A stretch of DNA of 64,000 nucleotides, taken from positions 42,687 to 106,686 of the forward strand of contig CAZAUE010000001.1 of the NCBI GenBank assembly GCA_964488565.1, written 5' to 3'. Below the pieces are notes generated by a model. The model did not search any database. It was given only the letters and a program-made list of their open reading frames with translations, and was not told the DNA's origin. Below, in pieces: positions 49,857-59,507 of the stretch. This stretch comes from an uncultured Candidatus Saccharibacteria bacterium. GTDB lineage: Bacteria > Patescibacteriota > Minisyncoccia > 2-02-FULL-40-12 > GWA2-44-9. Positions within the stretch are counted from its first letter, which is position 1, and the number at the start of each line of letters is the position of its first letter. The position numbers were made by a program, and so were the translations under genes.

Positions 49857-50939
49857 TTAGAAAAATCGAATTATATCCTTAGTTGTTACATATACCATTA
49901 ATGCTATCAGGAATACAAAACCGATAGTGTTAATGGCCATTTCCACTTTTTTGTTTACAGGTGAGCCTTTAAGCTTTTCTACGATTATGAGCAATGCCCT
50001 GCCTCCATCCAATGCCGGAAATGGAATGATGTTTAAAACTGCCAAGTTAATTGAAATCATCGCAACAAACTGCATCAGATAATTCATTCCCATTCTTGCG
50101 GCTTGGCCGGTAAGGGTAGCTATTCCAACAGGACCGGAAACATCTGCAATCATCTTCCCCTCAAACAATAGAGTCTTAAACAACACATAAAATCCAATAA
50201 CAGTATTCATTGTTAGTACAACAGCATCGTATACACCTCGCCAGATTGCTTCATACCACGGATAAGAAACCACTCCAGTAAGAGCTAAAGAAACACCTAA
50301 TGCCCCTTGACCCTCTGGCGGATTTACTCTCGGTACAATTTCTTTTTCCAAGGTTTCGTTATTTCTTTTTATTACCATCACTACAGATTGTCCAGTATTT
50401 TTTTGTATAAAAGACTGAACATCCTCCGCACTGGAAACAATTTGAAGTGAACCATTTAATTTGAAACCACTAACCTCGTCGAGAAGTTTTAATCCGGCTT
50501 TGTCCGCTGGACTGTCTTGAGAAATTTCAATAATCTGAACCGCCTTATCTCTGGCAACGGATGCGGTCTTGTCATCAATCAAACCAATTCTTAAACCAAA
50601 AAAATTGGTAATCATCAAAAGCACGACCGCCAAAAAGAAGTTCATCGTTACTCCAGCAATTATTACCTTGAGTCGGGGTCCGGCTGGTTTAGAAGAAAAA
50701 CTTCTAGGGTTTGATGCCTCATCCCCATCTTCTCCAAGAATTTTAACAAACCCACCAAAAGGAATCATGTTTATTGAATAAAATGTCTCCCCCTTTTTAA
50801 TGCCCCAAATCCTCGGAGGAAAACCCAGACCAAATTCTTCAACCTTCATTCCGGCTTTTTTAGCAAAAATAAAATGCCCAAACTCGTGGACAAAAACTAG
50901 TACTCCCAGAACAATTATAAATATTATCGCGGTTATCAT
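49857..50939 (-). CDS. rseP: RIP metalloprotease RseP
   Basis: HEFGH, PDZ, NIIPFPALDGG. Confidence 0.95.
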   Translation of the reverse strand: MITAIIFIIVLGVLVFVHEFGHFIFAKKAGMKVEEFGLGFPPRIWGIKKGETFYSINMIPFGGFVKILGEDGDEASNPRSFSSKPAGPRLKVIIAGVTMNFFLAVVLLMITNFFGLRIGLIDDKTASVARDKAVQIIEISQDSPADKAGLKLLDEVSGFKLNGSLQIVSSAEDVQSFIQKNTGQSVVMVIKRNNETLEKEIVPRVNPPEGQGALGVSLALTGVVSYPWYEAIWRGVYDAVVLTMNTVIGFYVLFKTLLFEGKMIADVSGPVGIATLTGQAARMGMNYLMQFVAMISINLAVLNIIPFPALDGGRALLIIVEKLKGSPVNKKVEMAINTIGFVFLIALMVYVTTKDIIRFF

Positions 50940-51496
50940 TAGTTTGTCATCAATTCTTGTTCCTTTTTCTTTGCCATATCATCAAACTTCAAATTCAAGT
51001 CATTCATTAATTTTTGAAGCTCTTCTTTTGCTTTGAACATGTCGTCTTCGCGAGCTTTTTTCTCTTTTACCTCAACTTGAACCTTTTTTATAATATCTTC
51101 TCGTATTTGTCTTACTCTGACTTTGCCCCATTCTATCTTCTGATGAAGCAATTTAATGAACTCGAGTCTGCGTTCTTCGGTTAATGGTGGAATATTTAAT
51201 CTTATGCCAGTAGCATCGTCTATGGGATTTAAACCCAAAGAACTTTCTTTGATGCTTTTTACAATATTAGGTATGGCCTGTTTGTCCCAAGGCTGAATAA
51301 GAATGGTTCGTGATTCTGGAGTATTAATGGTTGCTAATTCTTTAATCCTAAACTTTGAATCCATGTAATCCACGACAATATCTTCCACCATAGAAGCATG
51401 GGCCCGACCGGTTCTTATGCCAGCTATCTCGTTTTTGACATGCTCAATAGCACCGTCGAAATCCTTTTTCTTTTGAGTTATATGATCTTTATACAT
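50939..51496 (-). CDS. frr: Ribosome recycling factor
   Basis: IRTGRA, IQPWD, PPLTEERR. Confidence 0.96.
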   Translation of the reverse strand: MYKDHITQKKKDFDGAIEHVKNEIAGIRTGRAHASMVEDIVVDYMDSKFRIKELATINTPESRTILIQPWDKQAIPNIVKSIKESSLGLNPIDDATGIRLNIPPLTEERRLEFIKLLHQKIEWGKVRVRQIREDIIKKVQVEVKEKKAREDDMFKAKEELQKLMNDLNLKFDDMAKKKEQELMTN

Positions 51497-51517
51497 TAAA
51501 AAAATATACCATTTAAA

Positions 51518-52249
51518 TTACAGATTTACCAGAAAATTCTCCAGTGCTAGGCGGTGGTTGAATTGAGGCTGAGAAAGTAAAGAATTGAGCTTGAGAAGAT
51601 TTTTTAAAACTTTGTGATTTGGATTTTCATGAGAACGTAAGGTATGTATCAAGCCAACAACAAGATTCTGATAATCCTTACTGGCAAACAACTTCTCAGC
51701 ATATTGCATGCGTTCACAGACCCCCTCTTTGCAGATTTTCATAAACCCATCTATCGCTTTAATCGTTTCTCTATCAATTTCTTTTTTATCATCAGACAAA
51801 AATTGCACTTTATCACACCTAGACAACACTGTTGGAAGAATTAACTTTGGTTTTGAACTTATTAAAATAAAAATCGTGAATGGAGATGGCTCTTCTAGTA
51901 TTTTTAACAGAGAATTCGCAGCAGCCGGAACTAGCATGTCGGCATCATTAATCACAACAAATTTATATGGCCCATAATAAGGCTTTAGAGTTAAGTATGC
52001 TTTTAGATCACGAACATCTTCAACATATATCTTAGTTTCGTCTTCCTCTAACCGTGGCGTGAGTATCTTAAAATCAGGATCTCCTTCAGGTTCCCTCTGA
52101 TTTATTAAGCGAAAAATATCATAGGCAAACCCCTTCTTGCCTATTCCTTCTGGTCCTGAGAAAAGATAGGCGTGCGACAAAACACCTTTCCTTATGACAC
52201 TTTCAAAATAGGTCTTATTATTGTTGTGGCCCGTTGTTGTCCAATTCAT
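51518..52249 (-). CDS. holB: DNA polymerase III delta-prime subunit
   Basis: HAYLFSGPEGIGK, AANSLLKILEEP, TVLSRC. Confidence 0.9.
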   Translation of the reverse strand: MNWTTTGHNNNKTYFESVIRKGVLSHAYLFSGPEGIGKKGFAYDIFRLINQREPEGDPDFKILTPRLEEDETKIYVEDVRDLKAYLTLKPYYGPYKFVVINDADMLVPAAANSLLKILEEPSPFTIFILISSKPKLILPTVLSRCDKVQFLSDDKKEIDRETIKAIDGFMKICKEGVCERMQYAEKLFASKDYQNLVVGLIHTLRSHENPNHKVLKNLLKLNSLLSQPQFNHRLALENFLVNL

Positions 52250-52430
52250 TTTGTACTGGTGATTCACTTTGACTTACCACTGGCGGATTTGATTGATTTA
52301 CTGTTGGAAGGTTAACATCTTCAGACACCGCTGGTAAGTTAGACTCCTCATGTCCTTTTGTTCTTTTTAAATAAACGAACAAGACAATCAACACAATGAC
52401 GACCGACCCGATTATTAATTGAAGTTGCAT
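52218..52430 (-). CDS. Small single-TM protein
   Basis: N-terminal TM plus low-complexity tail, in operon. Confidence 0.55.
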   Translation of the reverse strand: MQLQLIIGSVVIVLIVLFVYLKRTKGHEESNLPAVSEDVNLPTVNQSNPPVVSQSESPVQNELDNNGPQQ

Positions 52431-52433
52431 ATA

Positions 52434-53570
52434 TTAACTCTGCGGTACCAATAATACGGAGGCGATTTTTTCCGCCGCATCAGGAACAGCAAAAGTTTTT
52501 AATTTTTCGCTAATGGAATTATATTTATCTGGCTCAAGAAGGGACTGAATCTGATTAATCAATATGTGGGGCGTAAGGTTTTCTTCTTCAATATAAACTC
52601 CTCCGAATTTTGACAATTCCTGAGCATTAAATAATTGCTCCCCACGACTGCCATGAAAAAGTGGTATTAATATCACCGGCTTACCAAGCATGGATATCTC
52701 TGAAATATTACTGGCTCCGGCGCGAGAAATAATAATGTCTGCTGCCGCATAAGCCAAGGCCATATCGTTCGCGTCAAAAAACGGAAATAATTTATAATTA
52801 ACACTAACAGCATCTGCGTACTCACCCTCACCTTCTTTAATTATTTTTTCCGACTCAGCCCTTACTGTCTGGAGCTGACTCTCGCCACATTGATGAATTA
52901 CCTGATAATCCTTTACCAACAAAACGAGCGAGTCCAAAATTATTCTATTTATTTTTTGAGCCCCCTGACTACCTCCCGCCACCAATATCGTTTTGCGATT
53001 TGAACTCAAACCAAATCTTTCTGTAGCCATCACTCTATCACCCATTACCAACTCTTTTCTAACAGGATTTCCTGTTAGAACCGTTTTGCCAGACTTAAAA
53101 TATTTTTGACTTGAATCAAATGATACAAAAACCGTCTTTGCCAATTTACCCAAAACCTTATTGGCAAGACCCGGAACAGAATCGGACTCGTGAATAAATA
53201 ACGGGATAAAATATAATTTACTCACAAAAGCTCCTGGTAAAGACGCATATCCACCCTTGGCAAAGACAACGTCGGGCATGAACCAAAAAATATACCACAA
53301 CGATTGCAGGAATCCGATTGGGATCTTAAAAACATCAAGAATTGTCAGCAGACTGAAGTATCTCCTTAATTTTCCGGCAAAAATTGGTTTAAAACTTAAT
53401 TCATTCTCTTGTACTGCTTGTTTCAAAAACTTACCCTCACCCAAAACCAATAACTCCAAAGGAACCCCCATTTGTTTGGATTTTTCTTTTAAAGCGTTGG
53501 CGACAGCAACAAGAGGAAAAACATGTCCTCCGCTACCGCCCCCGAGAAGTAAGACTCTGTAATTCGCCAC
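52434..53570 (-). CDS. murG: MurG glycosyltransferase
   Basis: GGGSGGHVFP, KGGYAS, HESD, GNPVR, GGSQGA, SRAGA. Confidence 0.96.
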   Translation of the reverse strand: MANYRVLLLGGGSGGHVFPLVAVANALKEKSKQMGVPLELLVLGEGKFLKQAVQENELSFKPIFAGKLRRYFSLLTILDVFKIPIGFLQSLWYIFWFMPDVVFAKGGYASLPGAFVSKLYFIPLFIHESDSVPGLANKVLGKLAKTVFVSFDSSQKYFKSGKTVLTGNPVRKELVMGDRVMATERFGLSSNRKTILVAGGSQGAQKINRIILDSLVLLVKDYQVIHQCGESQLQTVRAESEKIIKEGEGEYADAVSVNYKLFPFFDANDMALAYAAADIIISRAGASNISEISMLGKPVILIPLFHGSRGEQLFNAQELSKFGGVYIEEENLTPHILINQIQSLLEPDKYNSISEKLKTFAVPDAAEKIASVLLVPQS

Positions 53571-53808
53571 GTAGTAATTTTACCTTTTTTAAGTGCCCTA
53601 ACGCAAATCCCCCAATATCTCCATTTGTTCTAATAACCCTATGACATGGCACAATGGGTGCAAATGGGTTCTTGTTTAATGCATTCCCAACTGCTCGATA
53701 TGCTTTAGGCCGACCAATAGCAATCGCTACCTCTTTGTACGTTGCAGTCTTTCCCTTTGGGATAGTTTTAACAAAATCATAAACTTTTTTCTGAAATTCT
53801 GTAATCAT
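53533..53808 (-). CDS. MGMT-family methylated-DNA-protein-cysteine methyltransferase
   Basis: RAVGNAL, PCHRV. Confidence 0.92.
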   Translation of the reverse strand: MITEFQKKVYDFVKTIPKGKTATYKEVAIAIGRPKAYRAVGNALNKNPFAPIVPCHRVIRTNGDIGGFALGHLKKVKLLRGELQSLTSRGR

Positions 53809-53846
53809 TGTTTAATTTTATAATAAAAAACCGTTTTTAGTAACGG

Positions 53847-54380
53847 TTATGGAATTTGACAAACTTGAAGATTTTTTTCAAAGGCTGGGGTTAGGTCATA
53901 TCCACTAAGGATTATGATGCCATCCTCTTCTTTTTCAGATGTCCAGACATTGCCCAGAAATTTTCCTTGAACCAACTTTTTACACCTAGCACAAACCCCT
54001 CCAACAAACAAAGCTCCCTGGCTTTCAAAAGCGCAGTTATCGAGCAAAGCGTGACCAAGAAACAAACAAGTGATCCTGTCGGTCCATTTTGGCCTAAAAA
54101 CAGGTTTATAAAAAATCCGCTCTCCTTCTTTGTGGCACCAAATTTTTCCCTCTACACGATTTTCTCTAGAAAGTTCTGATAGTGCTGGTCCAATATCTCG
54201 AGGAACAAGTTTGTCATCTTTAAGGCTGGATTCTAATCTTGCTTCTTCCCACAAACTATCAATTGAGATTCCTCTCCAATTATTTTTTATTTGAGTCAGT
54301 AAAAAATTCTTTATTCTTTGCTCTCTTGTACCGAAAAATTCAGTCTCGCAACCAATTTCGTAAGGCATGTTTCCTCTCAA
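53847..54380 (-). CDS. Hypothetical protein
   Basis: 177-aa ORF; CLFLGH...CARC; start uncertain. Confidence 0.55.
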   Translation of the reverse strand: MRGNMPYEIGCETEFFGTREQRIKNFLLTQIKNNWRGISIDSLWEEARLESSLKDDKLVPRDIGPALSELSRENRVEGKIWCHKEGERIFYKPVFRPKWTDRITCLFLGHALLDNCAFESQGALFVGGVCARCKKLVQGKFLGNVWTSEKEEDGIIILSGYDLTPAFEKNLQVCQIP

Positions 54381-54427
54381 ATTGTAAACAAATTCTGCTT
54401 GTAGACTACAAAACTAGTTCACAACTG

Positions 54428-54640
54428 TCAATTTATCTCAACGATCTTATTTCTAGAAATACGACCGGAAACAATTCTAACATTTGGAGTGTGGAAATAC
54501 TCTGAGAGTAGTTTAATTATCGCCCTATTTGCCCGTCCCTCTACGGGCGGATCCTTAACAGACACAACAAAGTTGAGGTCGTCTATCTTTTCAACCTTGT
54601 TCTCGTTTGAGTCTGGTTTTGCTTTGACATTAATACGCAT
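54428..54640 (-). CDS. DUF167 (YggU-like) protein
   Basis: PPVEGRANRAIIKLLSEYF, IVSGRISRNK. Confidence 0.9.
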   Translation of the reverse strand: MRINVKAKPDSNENKVEKIDDLNFVVSVKDPPVEGRANRAIIKLLSEYFHTPNVRIVSGRISRNKIVEIN

Positions 54641-54675
54641 AAATTAAGAATACCACAAAAAACAAAAGGCCGGGT

Positions 54676-55029
54676 CTAAAACCCGGCCATACTTAAAATC
54701 TCAGCGACACGCTCTTTGCGCATCTGGTCTGTCCATCCAGGAGCTGTGGCTGCGGCCTTCATTTCCAAAAGAGCTAGTTCCACCATCGGCTTAAACTTGC
54801 ATACGAAGACATGTTCACTTATCTGATCATAGTCCAACGCTTTGCTATAATCAGACAACGCAGGAACAATAACCCGATCATGAAATTGCTGAACTTCCTC
54901 AACAAGATTAGCCTCACGAAAAGAATCAATAACCGAGGCAAATATTTCTTGTAACTCTCTTTGGCCCGTTAAAACCTTAACGAGAACAACTTCAGAATTA
55001 CCCCCATCTCCGCCGATTGGAACATTCAT
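54676..55029 (-). CDS. Hypothetical protein
   Basis: ORF with AGGA upstream of MNVP; start uncertain. Confidence 0.5.
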   Translation of the reverse strand: MNVPIGGDGGNSEVVLVKVLTGQRELQEIFASVIDSFREANLVEEVQQFHDRVIVPALSDYSKALDYDQISEHVFVCKFKPMVELALLEMKAAATAPGWTDQMRKERVAEILSMAGF

Positions 55030-55124
55030 TGTCCTGTCCTTTTTAAGAATCTTAAGGCCATGATAATCCTTTTGGTGACCCTTTACAACACACACCTAGA
55101 ATATGTATCCGAACATTATTGTTT

Positions 55125-55505
55125 TTAGTTTAATGTCGGTTTCATTTTTTCAACAACCACCACGAGGGCCTGCCGATGTTGCTCAACAGAGTGTCCACAA
55201 GAAAGATCCTCGTTATTTTCTTCTTGCTCTTCCATTCTCTTCAATTCAGTTTTGGCTATTTGACCATAAACAGTTCGCATTTCTTCAGAGGGAACAAATT
55301 TCATCTCTTCAGTGCTTGGAAGTATTCCGGAAAATGTTTTAATGTTTTTTTCTCCCACAACTTCTTTCAATTGTTCTACGGCTTCCGGATTAAGATTAAA
55401 AGCACGCTCAAGAGCGCAACAGGTCTCCTTATCAAACTTAACCGTTCCCTCTATCGAACCTTTGTATTCTTTAGATTCTCTAAACATATCGTCATTATAA
55501 GCCAT
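55125..55505 (-). CDS. Hypothetical protein divergent from LexA-like gene
   Basis: 126-aa ORF. Confidence 0.55.
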   Translation of the reverse strand: MAYNDDMFRESKEYKGSIEGTVKFDKETCCALERAFNLNPEAVEQLKEVVGEKNIKTFSGILPSTEEMKFVPSEEMRTVYGQIAKTELKRMEEQEENNEDLSCGHSVEQHRQALVVVVEKMKPTLN

Positions 55506-55591
55506 AGTTAATTAAGAGTAAAATTGTCTATCCGTCAACTCTGTCAAGTTATCATTTGACTGTTGATAAACTCCTTTGCTATAATTCTTCT

Positions 55592-56275
55592 ATGCACAAA
55601 ATTCAAAAACAAATTTTAAAACTTTCTACTGACAAAAATCTTGGAGAACTAAGTCTGCGCGAAATCGGTAAGTTGATTGGCGAAGACAATTCTCCTCAAA
55701 AAATTAAGCATCACCTACTCCAGCTTGAGAAGAATGGTTTAATTAAAATAAATCGTTTAGATAAAGAAATAGAAAAAACAAAACCAGGCACCTCTTACAA
55801 CAGCAAATTGGTTTCGGTTCCCATTTTTGGTTCTGCTAACTGCGGTCCCGCTATGATTTATGCCGAAAACAACATTGAGGGCTATCTGACTATTTCAGGA
55901 AAACTACTCACCAGGAAAAAAGACATTTTTGCCATTAAAGCTTCTGGATACTCAATGAATAAGGCAAACGTGAACGGTGCATCAATTGAAGATGGTGATT
56001 ACGTTATTGTTGATTCTAAATGCAGAAGCATAAGAAATGGTGATTACGTTCTTTCTGTTATTAATGAGGTGGCTAACATCAAAAGATACTTTGCCGACAA
56101 AGAAAATAAGAGAATAATTTTACTTTCCGAATCCAGTGCTAGTCTTCCGCCAATTATCATCCATCAAAACGAAATGGATGATTACATAGTAAATGGAAAA
56201 ATTATTCAAGTCATCAAGCGACCGAAAACTACATTCTCCAAACTCAAAAATCTTATTTACAGAAGAGAAGTTTAA
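55592..56275 (+). CDS. LexA-like repressor (wHTH + S24 peptidase)
   Basis: SLREIG..HHLLQLEKNG HTH; ANCG cleavage site; GYSM Ser; IKR Lys; TATAAT 6 nt before ATG. Confidence 0.88.
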   Translation: MHKIQKQILKLSTDKNLGELSLREIGKLIGEDNSPQKIKHHLLQLEKNGLIKINRLDKEIEKTKPGTSYNSKLVSVPIFGSANCGPAMIYAENNIEGYLTISGKLLTRKKDIFAIKASGYSMNKANVNGASIEDGDYVIVDSKCRSIRNGDYVLSVINEVANIKRYFADKENKRIILLSESSASLPPIIIHQNEMDDYIVNGKIIQVIKRPKTTFSKLKNLIYRREV

Positions 56276-56899
56276 TTACGAAGTAGCTCTATCGGGCAGT
56301 GGTTGAACAACACCCCTTGGAACCTTACCTTTCAAATCTCTATAGATCCTAAGCTGTTGAATTCCGCCAAAAATAGCTAATATGCCACCAATTACAAACA
56401 CTAATTGGAAGCCAAATTTTTGAGCCAAAATTCCTCCAATAGCTGCTGCTCCAGCAGCACCAATACCTATAGCAATAGAGTCCATAGACCATTCAACATT
56501 TTCTCGCATCTTATCCAGATGTCTTGAAAATATTGCATACCAAGGAGGAATGGTGAATGCTGCTCCAATACCATAGACCGCCTGTATTATATAGATATGA
56601 TTTGCTGTAGAAGCAAAAAGATAAGCAAACGGAACCAAAACAATCAAAGAAGTCCCGAGTATCATGGAATAAAAGTCATCATACTCGCCATGATTTTTAT
56701 CCAAGTATCTTGCAATCGGTATTTGTAATGCCGATTTAAATATTTGAAATATGGCAGTAGCAAAACCTATTACCTCTAAAGATCCCCCGCCGATTTGTTT
56801 TGTGACGAAAACAGCAAACACGGGTCCGAATATGCTAAATCCGGAATTAATAAAAAAATCTGAAATAACTAAAGTGCGAATTACGTGATTTATTTTCAT
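56276..56899 (-). CDS. Half-size MFS-like membrane protein
   Basis: Six TM helices, MFS-like loop ARYLDK. Confidence 0.75.
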   Translation of the reverse strand: MKINHVIRTLVISDFFINSGFSIFGPVFAVFVTKQIGGGSLEVIGFATAIFQIFKSALQIPIARYLDKNHGEYDDFYSMILGTSLIVLVPFAYLFASTANHIYIIQAVYGIGAAFTIPPWYAIFSRHLDKMRENVEWSMDSIAIGIGAAGAAAIGGILAQKFGFQLVFVIGGILAIFGGIQQLRIYRDLKGKVPRGVVQPLPDRATS

Positions 56900-57034
56900 A
56901 AGAATAGGATTGATTAATTAACTGAACCTAATTCTAACAAATTAAAAAACCCCTGCAACTCTCGGAGAAGTTTCTAAGCGGTGCTTTAGCCCGCTAAAGA
57001 ATCTCTGTAGGCAGAGGTTTTTTTAATTTTAATT

Positions 57035-58213
57035 TTAGAAGTGTGGGAATCCAAATCCTGAATCGTCATCATCGCCATCAGGCAATAAATCGGTGGTAAG
57101 TTTATGAAGAATATCTCTGGTCTCTGATGCTGGGTTTAAAGAATCTTTTTGCCATAATTTGGCAGCCAATCCTGCAACATGTGGAGAGGCCATAGATGTT
57201 CCAGATAAAATAGCATAGCCACCATCCTTCCACGCTGATTCAATGTTGTTACCAGGGGCAACAAGCTCTATGTCTTGTGTCTCCACAATATAAGGTTTGG
57301 TGGTCAGATTAATTCCCCTAGAACTCCAATCAGGGATTAAGGTGTTTTTATTTACAGCTCCAACAGAAACAACATCGGCGTCGGCTCCAGGAAAATCAAT
57401 ACTTCCAGCATAGGGACCATCATTGCCAGCGGCAGCAACAATCAAAACATTTTTAGAAACAACGTAGTCCGTGGCGTCAGTTATTAATTGACTAGGATTA
57501 TCAGAGCCCAAGCTCATGTTTATAATATTTGCACCATCGTCAGCAGCAGTCATTAAGGCAACAGCAATGTCGTCTGCCCAGCAGGTGCCGTTATTAGAGC
57601 AAACTTTATACACAAAAAGATTAGCTTCTGGCGCCATTCCATACAAACCAAGACCATCAGAACCACCATCAGCGGCAATTATTCCCGCGACATGAGTTCC
57701 GTGTCCATTTTTGTCATCACATTTTCCATCAACAAAAACAGCACCCGAAAAATCTTTACATGCTTTAATTCTGTTTTTTAAGTCAGGGTGAGTTTTTAAG
57801 ATTCCAGTATCCAACACAGCAACACTAACATTGGAACCACCAGATGTTTCCGATAGAAATGAATCGTTGTAAACCTTCTTTATGCCCCAAGGAATTTGCT
57901 CAGCGGGCTTAACTCTCTTAGCCTGAACCCTTCCACTTGTTATTGGTGCCTGTGATAAATCGGGTAATACATTTAACTTCTTAACGGGCTCAACCTCTAC
58001 ACCAAAAACCTTCGCAACCCAAAGTTGTTTTTCTGACAAATCTGCCGTAAAACCATTATCAAAATTGTGTCTAACCCCAAAGGACTTCTTCCACCAACCA
58101 GAGGTGGATTTAACGAAATAGCGAGTATCATCTGAGGCGGCGTAAGATGAGTGGGCCGTGAATAAAAGTGTTAAAATTATGACTAAATATGCGGTCTTTT
58201 TGATTGTAATCAT
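57035..58213 (-). CDS. Secreted S8 subtilisin-like protease
   Basis: VLDTG, HGTHVAG, GTSMASPHVAG; signal peptide. Confidence 0.95.
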   Translation of the reverse strand: MITIKKTAYLVIILTLLFTAHSSYAASDDTRYFVKSTSGWWKKSFGVRHNFDNGFTADLSEKQLWVAKVFGVEVEPVKKLNVLPDLSQAPITSGRVQAKRVKPAEQIPWGIKKVYNDSFLSETSGGSNVSVAVLDTGILKTHPDLKNRIKACKDFSGAVFVDGKCDDKNGHGTHVAGIIAADGGSDGLGLYGMAPEANLFVYKVCSNNGTCWADDIAVALMTAADDGANIINMSLGSDNPSQLITDATDYVVSKNVLIVAAAGNDGPYAGSIDFPGADADVVSVGAVNKNTLIPDWSSRGINLTTKPYIVETQDIELVAPGNNIESAWKDGGYAILSGTSMASPHVAGLAAKLWQKDSLNPASETRDILHKLTTDLLPDGDDDDSGFGFPHF

Positions 58214-58279
58214 GTAGGGTTAATAATAGCAAATTTAGGCCAAATTGGCAATCCACAGGCAAAAATTTTTAAAGCTCCA

Positions 58280-58441
58280 GAACCCAGCCACCTGAAGACA
58301 CGCCTCCGATAAAACCGCTCCTCCGTGAGCGGTTTTATCTCGGCTATAATCGCATTGTCTAATCGCCGACTGATGGACTCCGTCCAATATTTTATCAGTC
58401 GGCTTTGCCAACGTCTCAAATGTCTTCAGATGGCTGGGTTC
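58280..58441. mobile_element. MITE-like element, 21-bp TIRs, 5-bp TSD (CTCCA)
   Basis: GAACCCAGCCACCTGAAGACA / TGTCTTCAGATGGCTGGGTTC; CTCCA at 58275-58279 and 58442-58446. Confidence 0.75.
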
Positions 58442-58517
58442 CTCCATTTAAATGTTTTCATAAAAACAGAAAAACCTCGCACCAGACGAAGCACGAGGCT
58501 TCTGTTTTGATACGAGG

Positions 58518-59168
58518 CTATACCAATAGCCAAGCGATAGTGGCGACCACCCAACTAAGTTCATTGGCCATCTCACTTATTGCAAGCCAAATGCGGTTGC
58601 GGTCCCAACCCGCCTCCCTAACCATGAAGTAAATCTGGCCAAGGCGAATCAGAATCGTAAGGTGCCCCACTACTACCGACAAGCCAGGCGTACCAGAAGC
58701 ACCTTCGGCCAGAAACTTCCAGGCCAGAAGCACTTGAGGTACCGACTTGTAAGCTATAGCGAAAGACGCTTTCGCTATAGGATCGCTCAATGATAAACGG
58801 CGAATAGTGCTTATGAAAATCACCACCGCCGTCAGGACGACTCCTGTTGCAAGTGTTGTTGTGTCCTTATCATTCCATTGATACGCCGGATTCGTTCCGG
58901 CCGCGACCAAAACACAAGAACCAAGAACAAACCAAACAACATAAGTCGCAATGGCTTGTCGAGTGACGCGACTAGGAGCGGTGCGATGAGCACCAATACC
59001 CAATGCCAAGTGAAACACCAGGTATGCAGTAGCCAGACCAAACTGAGCTAAGCTGAATCCTGTCACATCTGTTACCAACCGCAGAACATACGCTCCGCAA
59101 AATATAACCGCACCGATGATCTGGACCCAAAAGAGCAGGTCCGCAACCATCCTTTTCTTTCCTGACAT
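58518..59168 (-). CDS. Multi-TM hypothetical protein, elevated GC, own transcription unit
   Basis: About 7 TM segments, GGAGG SD, terminator at ~58462-58508. Confidence 0.8.
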   Translation of the reverse strand: MSGKKRMVADLLFWVQIIGAVIFCGAYVLRLVTDVTGFSLAQFGLATAYLVFHLALGIGAHRTAPSRVTRQAIATYVVWFVLGSCVLVAAGTNPAYQWNDKDTTTLATGVVLTAVVIFISTIRRLSLSDPIAKASFAIAYKSVPQVLLAWKFLAEGASGTPGLSVVVGHLTILIRLGQIYFMVREAGWDRNRIWLAISEMANELSWVVATIAWLLV

Positions 59169-59234
59169 GCGAACCTCCTTTGCCCTTTACTGAGCCAGAA
59201 AATGTTGGATTTAAGGTACTACTAGAACACAATA

Positions 59235-59263
59235 ATTATACCACACTTTTACAATATTTGCAA
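59235..59263 (-). promoter_or_regulatory. sigma70 promoter TTGCAA-17-TATAAT (TG extended)
   Basis: Read directly. Confidence 0.7.
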
Positions 59264-59296
59264 ATTACCATTTTTCGAGCCAAAACCCTAAGCGAT

Positions 59297-59497
59297 AGCC
59301 CGTCTCTGATTTTGGCCACTTCCGCAGTCAAGAAAATACATGAAAGCGAATTAAGGATTTATCCAAAATAACGAGGTCGAACGCCAAGCTGAAAGCTTGG
59401 AGGCAAGAGAGGGTTACCTGTTATTTTGGCTTAAATCCCAAATGAGCTAAGTATATTTTTGAAGACGAGGACTGGTGGCCAAAATTAGAGATGGGCT
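59297..59497 (+). repeat. 200-bp rod-like inverted repeat (MITE or structured RNA)
   Basis: Nested arms 59297-59319/59475-59497 and 59355-59372/59420-59438; apical CCAAGCT-GAA-AGCTTGG. Confidence 0.7.
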
Positions 59498-59507
59498 GGA
59501 AGCCCAC

